Assembly: GCA_963825055.1 (NCBI GenBank)
Contig: CAWGSK010000009.1
Span: forward strand, 192,001 to 256,000
DNA from: an uncultured Gemmatimonadales bacterium
Lineage (GTDB): Bacteria > Gemmatimonadota > Gemmatimonadetes > Gemmatimonadales > GWC2-71-9
Length of the DNA stretch: 64,000 bases
Reading direction: 5' to 3'
Shown one piece after another: positions 1 through 8,397 of the stretch. The notes under the pieces were generated by a model that worked only from the letters and a program-made list of their open reading frames with translations, made no database searches and was not told the origin of the DNA. Numbering within the stretch: position 1 is the first letter of the stretch; every line of letters starts with the position of its first letter. A program made the position numbers and the translations under genes.

Positions 1-10
1 GCAACGACCC

Positions 11-475
11 TCACGGTCGCCGGCTCCGTTCACGATGCAGGCGCGCCCGCTCGAACCTCGCTTCCTCCTCCGGCGTCTCCGCCACCAGGCGGGGCACCCG
101 CTTCGGGTGGCCGTCAGCGTCGATCGCCACGAAGACGACACGCGCGGTGTGCGTGTGGCGGCGATGCCCCGTCGCCACCGCCTCGGCGTAGACCTCCACC
201 GCGATGTCCATCGAGCTGTTGCCGACGTATTCGACCGCAGCCATGCACGTCACCAGCGCCCCGACCGGAATCCGCTCCCGGAAATCCACCCGGTCGATGC
301 TCGCGGTCACCGCCGGCCCCCCGGCGTGCCTGATCGCCGCCACCGCCGCCGCCTGGTCAACCATCGCCAGCAGGTGCCCGCCGAACAGATCACCCAGGAT
401 GTTCTGCATGTGCGGCATGACGAGTTGCGTCAGCGTGGCGGTGGAGAAGGACATGGGGTGGGAGGATTCGGACAT
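11..475 (-). CDS. Acyl-CoA thioesterase (hotdog fold, YciA-like)
   Basis: N-x-x-G-x-x-FGG-x-LL-x-x-x-D motif, VTASIDRVDF, VGNSSM; start set at ATG 475 because the ORF extension upstream is just the translated 7-mer repeat. Confidence 0.9.
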   Translation of the reverse strand: MSESSHPMSFSTATLTQLVMPHMQNILGDLFGGHLLAMVDQAAAVAAIRHAGGPAVTASIDRVDFRERIPVGALVTCMAAVEYVGNSSMDIAVEVYAEAVATGHRRHTHTARVVFVAIDADGHPKRVPRLVAETPEEEARFERARLHRERSRRP

Positions 476-492
476 GGGTGCCTGCGGTGGGG

Positions 493-557
493 ACGGTGAA
501 CGGTGAACGGTGAACGGTGAACGGTGAACGGTGAACGGTGAACGGTGAACGGTGAAC
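493..557. repeat. Perfect 7-bp tandem repeat (ACGGTGA)x9
   Basis: Read directly: nine exact copies plus AC between nadE and the thioesterase gene. Confidence 0.97.
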
Positions 558-621
558 CACGGGAATGGCTGTCCGCCCTGCACGGGGTCAAGCCTGGAAT
601 CCCGTTTATCCGTTCATGCTG

Positions 622-2394
622 TCAGTAGTCGACAGGCCGCAAATAGTACTCCCCTATCGCCGTCTGCGAGAGCATGGCCACCGTCGGGAGGCGTCGCTTC
701 CAGTGGGTCGATTCCAGCCGGTGGCGGACCAGCTCCACTTCCTCCTGGGTGAAGCCCGCGGCACTGATCTCGGCTGGGCGGTAGCCCAGCAACAGCCAGT
801 GAAGAATCTCGTCGGCACGCGGATACGTGATGCCGAAGTCGCTTTCGTCCGTCTGGCCGACCACGAGGTCGGCGCTGGCCGGCTTCTCCACGATGGCCGC
901 GGGCACACCCACGTAGCGCGCGAGCGCCCAGACCTGGGTCTTGAACAGGTCGCCGATCGGATTGACCGGTGGCGAATCGTCCGCATGCCAGGTGAAGTAC
1001 CCGAACAGGCGCTCGGTCTTGTTCCCCGTCCCGAGCGGCAGGGCGTGCAGCGCGGCGGAGAGGTCGAAAAGAGTGATCATGCGCATCCGTGCCATGATAT
1101 TCCCCTTCCGGCCGGGGGAAGTCTCGGACCCGATCGACTCGACCAGTGCGTCGACCGCCTGGCTGATGTCCACGGTGTGGCCGTGGATTCCCAGTGCCTC
1201 AATCACTTCCCCGGCATGCTCCAGGCTCTCCGCGCTGCTGGTGCGGTAGGGCATCCGCACGGCGTGCACGTTCTCCGCCCCCAGCGCCTCCGCCGCGAGC
1301 CAGGCGACCAGGGAACTGTCCACGCCGCCCGAGAGCCCCAGGATGACCTGCGAGAACCCCCGGCGACGCTGGACCTCGTCACGGATGAACTCTACCAGCC
1401 ACCGGCGCGTGAGTGCCGCGTCGATCGCCAGCGGGTCCTTCCGCATCTCCTCCGTGATGGCCGCGCGGGCGCCGGTCAGCGGGGGTGGCGGTGGAGGGCG
1501 GAGGGCGGGCTCCTCGGCCCGTTCCCCGCTCAGCGACGCGATCAGGTGCGGCCATCGGGCCTGCAGGTCGGAGAGGAGCGGCTGCTCGGCCCGGGCGCGC
1601 GTGATATCGTTGAAGTCCAGGGTCGCATGCACGACCGCGGGCTCGAAAATGGGCCCGCGCGCGACCAGGTTGCCGCGCGGGCCCATCACAATGGACCCTC
1701 CGGCGAAGGCCTTCCCACCCTCGAATCCCACCAGCTGGGCCACGGCCACGAACACCCCATGCTCCTCCGCCACCCCCTGCGCCAGGCGCTCCCAGCGACC
1801 GAGGTTCGCGGGTCGCGAACTGTTGGGCTCTCCGGGGTTCAGGCCGCGCGCCGGCGTCGCGCTCGGAATCAGGATGAGTTGAGCCCCGTCCAGGGCCGCG
1901 AGGGTCGGCACCATCGAGTGCCATGCGTCCTCGCAGATCATCATCGAGGCGCGTCCGAACCGGGTATCGAACGCCTGGACCGTCCGCCCGGGCTCGACGA
2001 ACCGCTCCTCGTCGAAGACACCATAGGTGGGGAGAAATACCTTGCGGTGGATGTGGCGGACGCCAGCCTCCGTCCCTCCCAGCGTGGCATACAGGGCGGA
2101 GTTGTACAGCTGGTTCCGCCAGACTTCGTAGAAGCCGATGGCGATGTCAACAGGAGGCGACCCGGAGCCGGTGTGCTGTTTCTCGAGGTCGCGGTAGAGT
2201 TGGTCCGCATCGAGGGCCAGGTCCCGCACCCCACCCTCGAGGAAATAGCCGGTGAGGGCCGACTCGGGGGCCAGGAGAACGTCGGGAGGATGCTCGAGCT
2301 CCCCCAGTTCGCGGAATCGCTCGCCGAGGTGGGCCAGGTTTTCCTGATAGGCGCCCTTCCGCGGCCGGAGCTGGAGGATGGCGAGGCGGAGCAT
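622..2394 (-). CDS. nadE: Glutamine-dependent NAD+ synthetase
   Basis: N-terminal nitrilase domain (PE, HRK, ICED) and C-terminal synthetase domain (GLSGGVDS, GNIMARMR, TGNKTE, PSADL-like); ATG 2394. Confidence 0.93.
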   Translation of the reverse strand: MLRLAILQLRPRKGAYQENLAHLGERFRELGELEHPPDVLLAPESALTGYFLEGGVRDLALDADQLYRDLEKQHTGSGSPPVDIAIGFYEVWRNQLYNSALYATLGGTEAGVRHIHRKVFLPTYGVFDEERFVEPGRTVQAFDTRFGRASMMICEDAWHSMVPTLAALDGAQLILIPSATPARGLNPGEPNSSRPANLGRWERLAQGVAEEHGVFVAVAQLVGFEGGKAFAGGSIVMGPRGNLVARGPIFEPAVVHATLDFNDITRARAEQPLLSDLQARWPHLIASLSGERAEEPALRPPPPPPLTGARAAITEEMRKDPLAIDAALTRRWLVEFIRDEVQRRRGFSQVILGLSGGVDSSLVAWLAAEALGAENVHAVRMPYRTSSAESLEHAGEVIEALGIHGHTVDISQAVDALVESIGSETSPGRKGNIMARMRMITLFDLSAALHALPLGTGNKTERLFGYFTWHADDSPPVNPIGDLFKTQVWALARYVGVPAAIVEKPASADLVVGQTDESDFGITYPRADEILHWLLLGYRPAEISAAGFTQEEVELVRHRLESTHWKRRLPTVAMLSQTAIGEYYLRPVDY

Positions 2395-2413
2395 GGGGGG
2401 AAGGTAATGGAGG

Positions 2414-2502
2414 GAGCGAGTAGCGAATAGCGAGTGGCGAATCGTGATGACTCGGTCGGCCAAACCGTCCCGGATCCCCTTCTCGCTATTCGCTATTCGC
2501 TC
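2414..2502. repeat. 21-bp inverted repeat built from TAGCGAR heptamers
   Basis: GAGCGAGTAGCGAATAGCGAG (2414-2434) vs CTCGCTATTCGCTATTCGCTC (2482-2502); one mismatch, a G-U pair in + strand RNA. Confidence 0.9.
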
Positions 2503-2535
2503 TTTTATCATATCCCCATCCGAACAGGGACTCCC

Positions 2536-2901
2536 ATGATCTGGTACATCGCGATCGGCAGCGCAGCGGGAGGAATGGGGCGCTACCTCCTGAGTTCATG
2601 GGTCCAGCGGCTGGCTACCGGCGAGTTCCCCCTGGGAACCATGGCCGTAAACATCCTGGGATCCTTTCTCCTCGGCTTCCTGATGCGCTGGGCCCTGGAC
2701 ATGCCGACGGTCTCCGCCGAAATGCGCGGCATGCTGACCATCGGCTTCTGCGGTGGCTTCACCACCTTCTCCACATTCAGCTATGAGACCGCCCGACTGC
2801 TCCAGGATGGAGAGGTCGGACGCGCCGGCCTTTATGTCGCCGGCAGCGTACTGCTCTCCGTCGCCGCCATGTTCCTGGGCCTGGCGGCGGGCGGACGATG
2901 A
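2536..2901 (+). CDS. crcB: Fluoride channel Fluc/CrcB
   Basis: GG-x-x-RY, FPLGT-x-x-VN-x-x-GSF and GFCGGFTTFSTF signature; four hydrophobic segments. Confidence 0.95.
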   Translation: MIWYIAIGSAAGGMGRYLLSSWVQRLATGEFPLGTMAVNILGSFLLGFLMRWALDMPTVSAEMRGMLTIGFCGGFTTFSTFSYETARLLQDGEVGRAGLYVAGSVLLSVAAMFLGLAAGGR

Positions 2902-3269
2902 AACCGGAGGGGACGATGCAAGGCATGACGGGCGAGCGCACCCTGATGCGTATCCACATCGGGGAGAGCGACAAGCAAGGCGGCAAGCCGCTGTACGAGG
3001 CCATCGTCCACCTCCTCCGGGAGCGTGGATTCGCGGGCGCGACCGTCCTGCGCGGGATCATGGGATTCGGCGCCACCGCGCGTGTCCATACCGAGAAGGT
3101 GCTGACCCTCTCGGTGGACCTCCCTCTCGTCATCGAATGCGTCGAGACGGAGGAGAAGATCGCCGCTATCCTGCCGGAGCTGGACGGAATGATCGGAGGC
3201 GGGCTCATCACGCTGGAACGGGCCCGGGTGATCATGTACCGGCCGGAGATCCGGAAGGCGCGCGGGTGA
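2898..3269 (+). CDS. DUF190 family (PII-like) protein
   Basis: RIHIGESD, GATVLRGIMGFG, LSVDLP; the usual crcB neighbour; ATGA overlap. Confidence 0.9.
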   Translation: MKPEGTMQGMTGERTLMRIHIGESDKQGGKPLYEAIVHLLRERGFAGATVLRGIMGFGATARVHTEKVLTLSVDLPLVIECVETEEKIAAILPELDGMIGGGLITLERARVIMYRPEIRKARG

Positions 3270-3292
3270 GGTCCGCGCAAGGGGGAAGAGGG

Positions 3293-4714
3293 ATGGCGGG
3301 GGACCGCCTGGGGCTGGAGCCGGAGGAGCGGCGCACGCTCTGGCGACAGGTGGGCGAGGCCATCGAGCGCTACAGGGAGGAGCTCCCGGAACGGCCGGTA
3401 ACGCGCTCGCCCGGGCCCGGGGAGGTCCACGCCCTGCTGGAGTCGGTCGACCTCGACCGCCCCATGGAGCCCTCGGCCGCCCTCGACTTCGTCCGGCGGG
3501 GCCTGGACGGGCTCCAGGTCCAGGTCGCGCACCCCCGGTATTTCGGCCTGTTCAACCCCACCCCCACGGCCATGGGCATCGCCGGTGATGCCCTGGCGGC
3601 GGCATATAACCCGCAACTCGCAGCCTGGTCCCACAACCCGTTCGCGGTCGAGGTCGAGCAGTGGGTTCTCAGGGAGATCGGGAAGCGTTTCGGCTATCGC
3701 GATCCCATGTGTGGCACGTTTGCGAGCGGCGGCGCCGAAGCGAACACGACCGGCGTGCTGGCGGCACTCGCGGCGCGCTTTCCGGAGGCGGCCTCGGAGG
3801 GCGTTCGTGCCATCCCGGGCCTTCCGGTGCTGTACGTCTCCGCCGAGAGTCACCACTCGTTCGTGAAGGCAGCCCGGATTGCGGGGCTGGGGTCGAATGC
3901 CGTACGCCACGTCCCGGTGGACGCCGACCTCCGGATGCGTCACGACCTCCTCCGCGAACAGATCGCATCAGACCGTGCAGCGGGACACGTGCCGTTCCTG
4001 GTCGTAGCCACGGCAGGCACCACGAGCGCGGGAGTCGTGGACCCGCTTGCCGACCTGGCCGACGTGGCTGGAAGTGAGGGACTGTGGCTTCATGCCGATG
4101 CCGCCTGGGGCGGGGGCGCCATGTTCGTGCCCGGGCTCCGGAACGAACTTGCGGGCATAGAGCGCGCCGACTCGATCACGTTCGACGCCCACAAGTGGCT
4201 GTCCGCGCCTATGGGGGCCGGCATCTTCCTGAGCCGCCACGCAGACATCCTGGTGCGGACGTTCAGCACCCCTACGGCGTACATGCCGGATGCCCTCGGG
4301 CACAGCGCCGTGGTGGAGCCCTACCACACATCGATGCAGTGGAGCCGACGCTTCATCGGGCTCAAGGTCTTCCTCTCGCTGCTGGTGGCGGGATGGGACG
4401 GTTTTGCAGAGGCCATGGGGCATCAGGCCCGGATGGGGGATGTGCTGCGGCAGCGCCTGACCGGGGCCGGGTGGCCGGTGGTGAACCGGACCCGGCTTCC
4501 CGTAGTGTGCTTTACGGACGGGGAAGCAGAAGATGGTGGTTCGCTCGAGCATCTCCGTGCCATCGAGCGCCGGGTGGTGGATGATGGCGACGCCTGGATC
4601 TCCACCACCGTGCTGGACGGGAGGCGACCGGTGCTCCGCGCCTGCATCACCAGCTACCTTACAGAAGAGGAACACCTCGACGCGCTCGTCGAGGCGCTGA
4701 ACCGCTCACGATGA
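3293..4714 (+). CDS. Group II PLP-dependent amino-acid decarboxylase
   Basis: HPRYFG, SGGAEAN, ATAGTT, WLHADAAWGG, DAHKW (PLP lysine), QWSRR. Confidence 0.9.
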   Translation: MAGDRLGLEPEERRTLWRQVGEAIERYREELPERPVTRSPGPGEVHALLESVDLDRPMEPSAALDFVRRGLDGLQVQVAHPRYFGLFNPTPTAMGIAGDALAAAYNPQLAAWSHNPFAVEVEQWVLREIGKRFGYRDPMCGTFASGGAEANTTGVLAALAARFPEAASEGVRAIPGLPVLYVSAESHHSFVKAARIAGLGSNAVRHVPVDADLRMRHDLLREQIASDRAAGHVPFLVVATAGTTSAGVVDPLADLADVAGSEGLWLHADAAWGGGAMFVPGLRNELAGIERADSITFDAHKWLSAPMGAGIFLSRHADILVRTFSTPTAYMPDALGHSAVVEPYHTSMQWSRRFIGLKVFLSLLVAGWDGFAEAMGHQARMGDVLRQRLTGAGWPVVNRTRLPVVCFTDGEAEDGGSLEHLRAIERRVVDDGDAWISTTVLDGRRPVLRACITSYLTEEEHLDALVEALNRSR

Positions 4715-4721
4715 TCCTCGG

Positions 4722-4741
4722 CCTTCGACCTTCGACCTTCG
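4722..4741. repeat. 7-bp tandem repeat (CCTTCGA) about x3
   Basis: CCTTCGACCTTCGACCTTCG; the same unit recurs at 63795-63829. Confidence 0.8.
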
Positions 4742-4754
4742 CCCATACATCCTG

Positions 4755-5237
4755 ATGTCAGACAGCATGCTCGATGCCGCCGCCGGAATTGCCAACGCCT
4801 GCCGGCTCCTGCCGAATCTCCTGACCGGCGGACAGCCCTCTACCGGGCACCTGGAAGCACTCCAGCGCGCCGGCGCGGAGGTGATTCTCGACATCCGGGA
4901 CCCGATGGAACCACGCCCGATGGAAGAGGAGGCAGAGGTCCGGCGGCTCGGCATGGAATACATCAATATCCCGGTCAACTCCGGACAGGCCGACGACGAT
5001 ACCCTCGAGCGGATCCTTGCCCTTCTCCGGCTGCACAGGGACCAGCAGGTGTTCTTCCATTGCAACAGCGGCAACCGCGTCGGTGGTGCGCTGATCGCCT
5101 ATCTCATGCTCGACATGGGAATAAACGAGGACGAGGCCATCGAGAGCGCCATGCGGGCCGGACTGCGGAGCCCCGCGATGCTGGAGTGGGGAAGGGACTA
5201 TGCGGTACGAACGCGAGAAGCGAAGAGCGAGGGGTGA
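4755..5237 (+). CDS. DUF442 / protein-tyrosine-phosphatase-like (sulfurtransferase-like) protein
   Basis: GGQP, LGMEYINIPV and HCNSGNR (HCx5R loop). Confidence 0.8.
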   Translation: MSDSMLDAAAGIANACRLLPNLLTGGQPSTGHLEALQRAGAEVILDIRDPMEPRPMEEEAEVRRLGMEYINIPVNSGQADDDTLERILALLRLHRDQQVFFHCNSGNRVGGALIAYLMLDMGINEDEAIESAMRAGLRSPAMLEWGRDYAVRTREAKSEG

Positions 5238-5313
5238 CTAGCCTGGTGACTGGTGACTGGTGCTTCAGGGTGAGATCCCGGCACGGAAGCACTACTCACT
5301 ACTCACCGGTCAC
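5234..5313. repeat. Imperfect inverted heptamer repeat between convergent genes (possible bidirectional terminator)
   Basis: CTGGTGACTGGTGACTGGTGCTTC pairs imperfectly with GAAGCACTACTCACTACTCACCGG. Confidence 0.65.
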
Positions 5314-5714
5314 TGCAGTTCCCTTCCCCCGCTCCACCGATGCCAGTACATCCGCATCTCGGTGATGAGCGACCCATCGGTCTCGCAGAAGATGGCACCC
5401 CGGGCATCGACCCACTCGCCCGTCCGGCGGCGGCGGAACACGCAGCGGAACTCGGTCGAGAACCAGGGCCCCGCCACAAAGATCTCCCCTGATGTGAACG
5501 TGATCTCGGACTGGTAGTAGGGCACGTCGCGCCAGTAGTCCCGGACGGCGTCAATCCCCTCGAACGGCGCTCCGAACGGCGTCTCGACGAACCGGATCTC
5601 CGGCGTGAACACGGAAAGCAGCAGCTCGAGATTTGCCCGGCTCCAGCCCTTGCCGAAGGTGTCGACCAGGGAACGGCCCAGCTCCCGCGTCCCTTCAGTG
5701 GTAGTCTCTGCCAT
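5310..5714 (-). CDS. NTF2/SnoaL-like domain protein
   Basis: 134 aa; F-x-ETPF...GIDAVRDYW pattern and terminal EMRMYW strand typical of SnoaL-like folds. Confidence 0.8.
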   Translation of the reverse strand: MAETTTEGTRELGRSLVDTFGKGWSRANLELLLSVFTPEIRFVETPFGAPFEGIDAVRDYWRDVPYYQSEITFTSGEIFVAGPWFSTEFRCVFRRRRTGEWVDARGAIFCETDGSLITEMRMYWHRWSGGRELQ

Positions 5715-5805
5715 GGGCACAACGTTAACCATCCGCCCGGCGTCCGGGCAGGGCCGGGCTCTGACAGGGTTGCCCCCTTCCCCCGCCCCCACCGACATTC
5801 CGGCC

Positions 5806-8397
5806 GTGTCGATTCGATCCCTGTCCCGGACCTTCCTGGCTGCCGCGTCCATACTGTATTCCCTCGCCGCGCCCGCCAGTGCCCAGGCCCCCTGTCCGCC
5901 GGAGGCTGTCCGGGAGGTGGCGCGGGGCTGGGAGGTATACCGCCTGGACTCGGTCGGGGTCGCGCTCGGGCTGTTCGCCTCCGCTGACCGGCGGTGCCTG
6001 CGCAACTGGGATGCGAAGACCGGCCTTGGCTATGCCCGCCTGCGGCTGGATGAGCTGAACCGGGCCGACTCCCTGTTCACGATCGTGACCCGGAATGATT
6101 CGCTGAGCGCGGACGCGTGGACCGGCCTTGCCCTTGTCGCCTCCCGCCTCGGCCAGACCGGGCGCGCAACTGCCAGCGCCCGCCGCGCGCTGGCCATGCA
6201 GCCGGAGAACTCGACCGCCCGCGGAGTCCTGGATCGCGTGGCCCCCGACTGGGACCGGACCGTCCCCGGGCCACAGCCCCGGCCAGATACGCTTCAGCTC
6301 GTAGCCCGCACCAGGGGAAGCGCCTTCGAGGTGAACAAGGCTGGCCGGTGGACACAGTTCTACATCAAGGGCATCAACCTCGGCGTCGCCCTTCCCGGGC
6401 GCTTCCCGGCGGAGTTCCCCACCGATTCGACGCTCTATGCCGGGTGGCTCGATACCATCGGGACGATGCGCGCCAATACCGTGCGGGTGTATACAATCCT
6501 CCCCCCGGAATTCTACCGGGCACTGCGTGGCTACAACCTCACCCATCCCGATGCTCCGCTCTGGCTGGTCCACGGCGTCTGGACGGAGCTGCCCCCGGAT
6601 GACGATTTCGAGAACCCCGCCTGGAAGGCCGGGTTCAGGGCCGAGATGTCCCGGATCGTGCACCTGGTCCACGGCAATGCCGCGCTGGAGCCCGGGCCCG
6701 GGCATGCCTCGGGGAGATATGACGCCGACGTCTCGCGATGGACGCTTGCCTGGATCATCGGGCGCGAGTGGGAGCCGTTCGCGGTGAAGGCGTTCGACTC
6801 GATTGCGGGAGGGCCCCGCCACTACGATGGCCGCTACCTGGCCATGACCGGCCCCGCCACCGATGCCTGGATGGCCGAACAGTGCGACTACATGCTGGCG
6901 CTGGAGATGGACCGCTACCACGCCATCAGGCCCATCGCCTACACCAACTGGCCCACCCTGGATCCGCTCACCCACCCGACTGAGAGCACGGTGAAGGAGG
7001 AAATGGCATGGCGCCGCCGCACCGGGCGCCCCTTCCTGAACCCCTCGAACGAATACGACAACGACGTGATCGGGCTGGATCCCGGTATCGTCCACCCGAC
7101 ACCTGCCAACCCGGCGGGGTGGTTCGCCAGCTATCACGCCTATCCCTACTATCCCGACTTCATGCTCTTCGATTCGACCTACGGGGCAGCGGCGTCGAGC
7201 GAAGGGCCCTCGAACTACTACGGCTACCTGCGCGATCTCGTCAGGTACCACAAGGACATGCCGGTGGTCATTGCGGAGTACGGGGTCCCGTCGAGCCGGG
7301 GCGAGGCGCACTGGCAGCCCCAGGGATGGAACCATGGCGGGCACGACGAGGCAGCCATGGCCCGGATCGACGCCCGTCTCACGCGCGACATCCATGAGGC
7401 AGGCGCGGCCGGGAGCATCCTCTTCGCGTGGATCGACGAATGGTTCAAGCGGAACTGGGTGGTGGTCGACCTGCAGATCCCCGCGTCCCACACGCCGCGC
7501 TGGCACAACGCGGAGGATGCTGAGCAGAATTACGGCGTCCTTGGCATGTACGCCGGGCAGGCGGACAGCACGCCGGCACTCGGCGGAAACCCGTGCCGCT
7601 GGAAAGACCCCGCCGCGCCCGGCGCCGTATCGCTGCGGTCCGATGAAGCGTATGTCTACGTGAGCGTGCCCGTAGACGGACTCGACTGGGACTCCTCGGG
7701 TGTCATGATCGCGCTGGATACCTACAGACCCGCGATCGGACAGCACCAGCTCCCGCATACGGGAACCCGGACAGGACCGGGGTTCGAATTCCTGGTGGAC
7801 CTGCGGCGGCCGGACGATGCCCAGCTTCGTATCATCTCCAATTACGACCCCCTGCGCGGACCGCCCCCGGCGGACGGGGACGAGCGGGGGCAGTTCTATC
7901 ACCGCCCCGCCGCGACCCGCGATCGCACTGACGGTGCCTTTGACAGCATGTACGTCATCACCAACCGGGCCCGTTTTGGACGGGACGGAACATTCTATCC
8001 CGCCCGGGGATATGTTCGTGGGCGGCTCCGCTACGGGACGGCCAGCCAGTCCAGCCTTTCCGACTGGTACCATGAGCAGAAGGGCTCGCTCCTGGAAATC
8101 CGGCTCCCGTGGCAGCTGCTGAACGTCACCGATCCCTCCACGCGGACTGTCCTGGATGACGAATCGCGAGACGGGCCGTTCGGGACTACCCACACGGACG
8201 GGTTCCGGGTGGGAGCCATGATCTACCGGAAGGCGGACGGACAGGTCCAGAAAGCCTTCCCTGCGCTGCGCAACGATGAATGGCGGGCGGAGGATTTTCG
8301 CACCTGGGCCTGGAAGACATGGGAAATGCCCACGTATCACGAGCGACTGAAGCCGGTCTATGGCACCATGCGCGAGACCTGGGGCGAACTGCCGTGA
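5806..8397 (+). CDS. Secreted TPR + clan GH-A (GH2-like TIM barrel) glycoside hydrolase
   Basis: Signal peptide ending APASAQ, N-terminal TPR helices, KGINLG, NTVRVYT, IGREWEP, SYHAYPYYP, IAEYG, FAWIDEW; GTG start inferred. Confidence 0.7.
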   Translation: MSIRSLSRTFLAAASILYSLAAPASAQAPCPPEAVREVARGWEVYRLDSVGVALGLFASADRRCLRNWDAKTGLGYARLRLDELNRADSLFTIVTRNDSLSADAWTGLALVASRLGQTGRATASARRALAMQPENSTARGVLDRVAPDWDRTVPGPQPRPDTLQLVARTRGSAFEVNKAGRWTQFYIKGINLGVALPGRFPAEFPTDSTLYAGWLDTIGTMRANTVRVYTILPPEFYRALRGYNLTHPDAPLWLVHGVWTELPPDDDFENPAWKAGFRAEMSRIVHLVHGNAALEPGPGHASGRYDADVSRWTLAWIIGREWEPFAVKAFDSIAGGPRHYDGRYLAMTGPATDAWMAEQCDYMLALEMDRYHAIRPIAYTNWPTLDPLTHPTESTVKEEMAWRRRTGRPFLNPSNEYDNDVIGLDPGIVHPTPANPAGWFASYHAYPYYPDFMLFDSTYGAAASSEGPSNYYGYLRDLVRYHKDMPVVIAEYGVPSSRGEAHWQPQGWNHGGHDEAAMARIDARLTRDIHEAGAAGSILFAWIDEWFKRNWVVVDLQIPASHTPRWHNAEDAEQNYGVLGMYAGQADSTPALGGNPCRWKDPAAPGAVSLRSDEAYVYVSVPVDGLDWDSSGVMIALDTYRPAIGQHQLPHTGTRTGPGFEFLVDLRRPDDAQLRIISNYDPLRGPPPADGDERGQFYHRPAATRDRTDGAFDSMYVITNRARFGRDGTFYPARGYVRGRLRYGTASQSSLSDWYHEQKGSLLEIRLPWQLLNVTDPSTRTVLDDESRDGPFGTTHTDGFRVGAMIYRKADGQVQKAFPALRNDEWRAEDFRTWAWKTWEMPTYHERLKPVYGTMRETWGELP

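Noticed and set aside
493..557. Possible CRISPR array
   Set aside because: 7-bp units with no spacers, and no cas genes in the window
565..2430. Long antisense or alternative-frame ORFs (also 5725-8340, 31208-33151, 48580-50268, 56056-57723 and many others)
   Set aside because: Shadow ORFs of real genes in high-GC DNA; no motifs and Arg/Pro/Gly-rich composition
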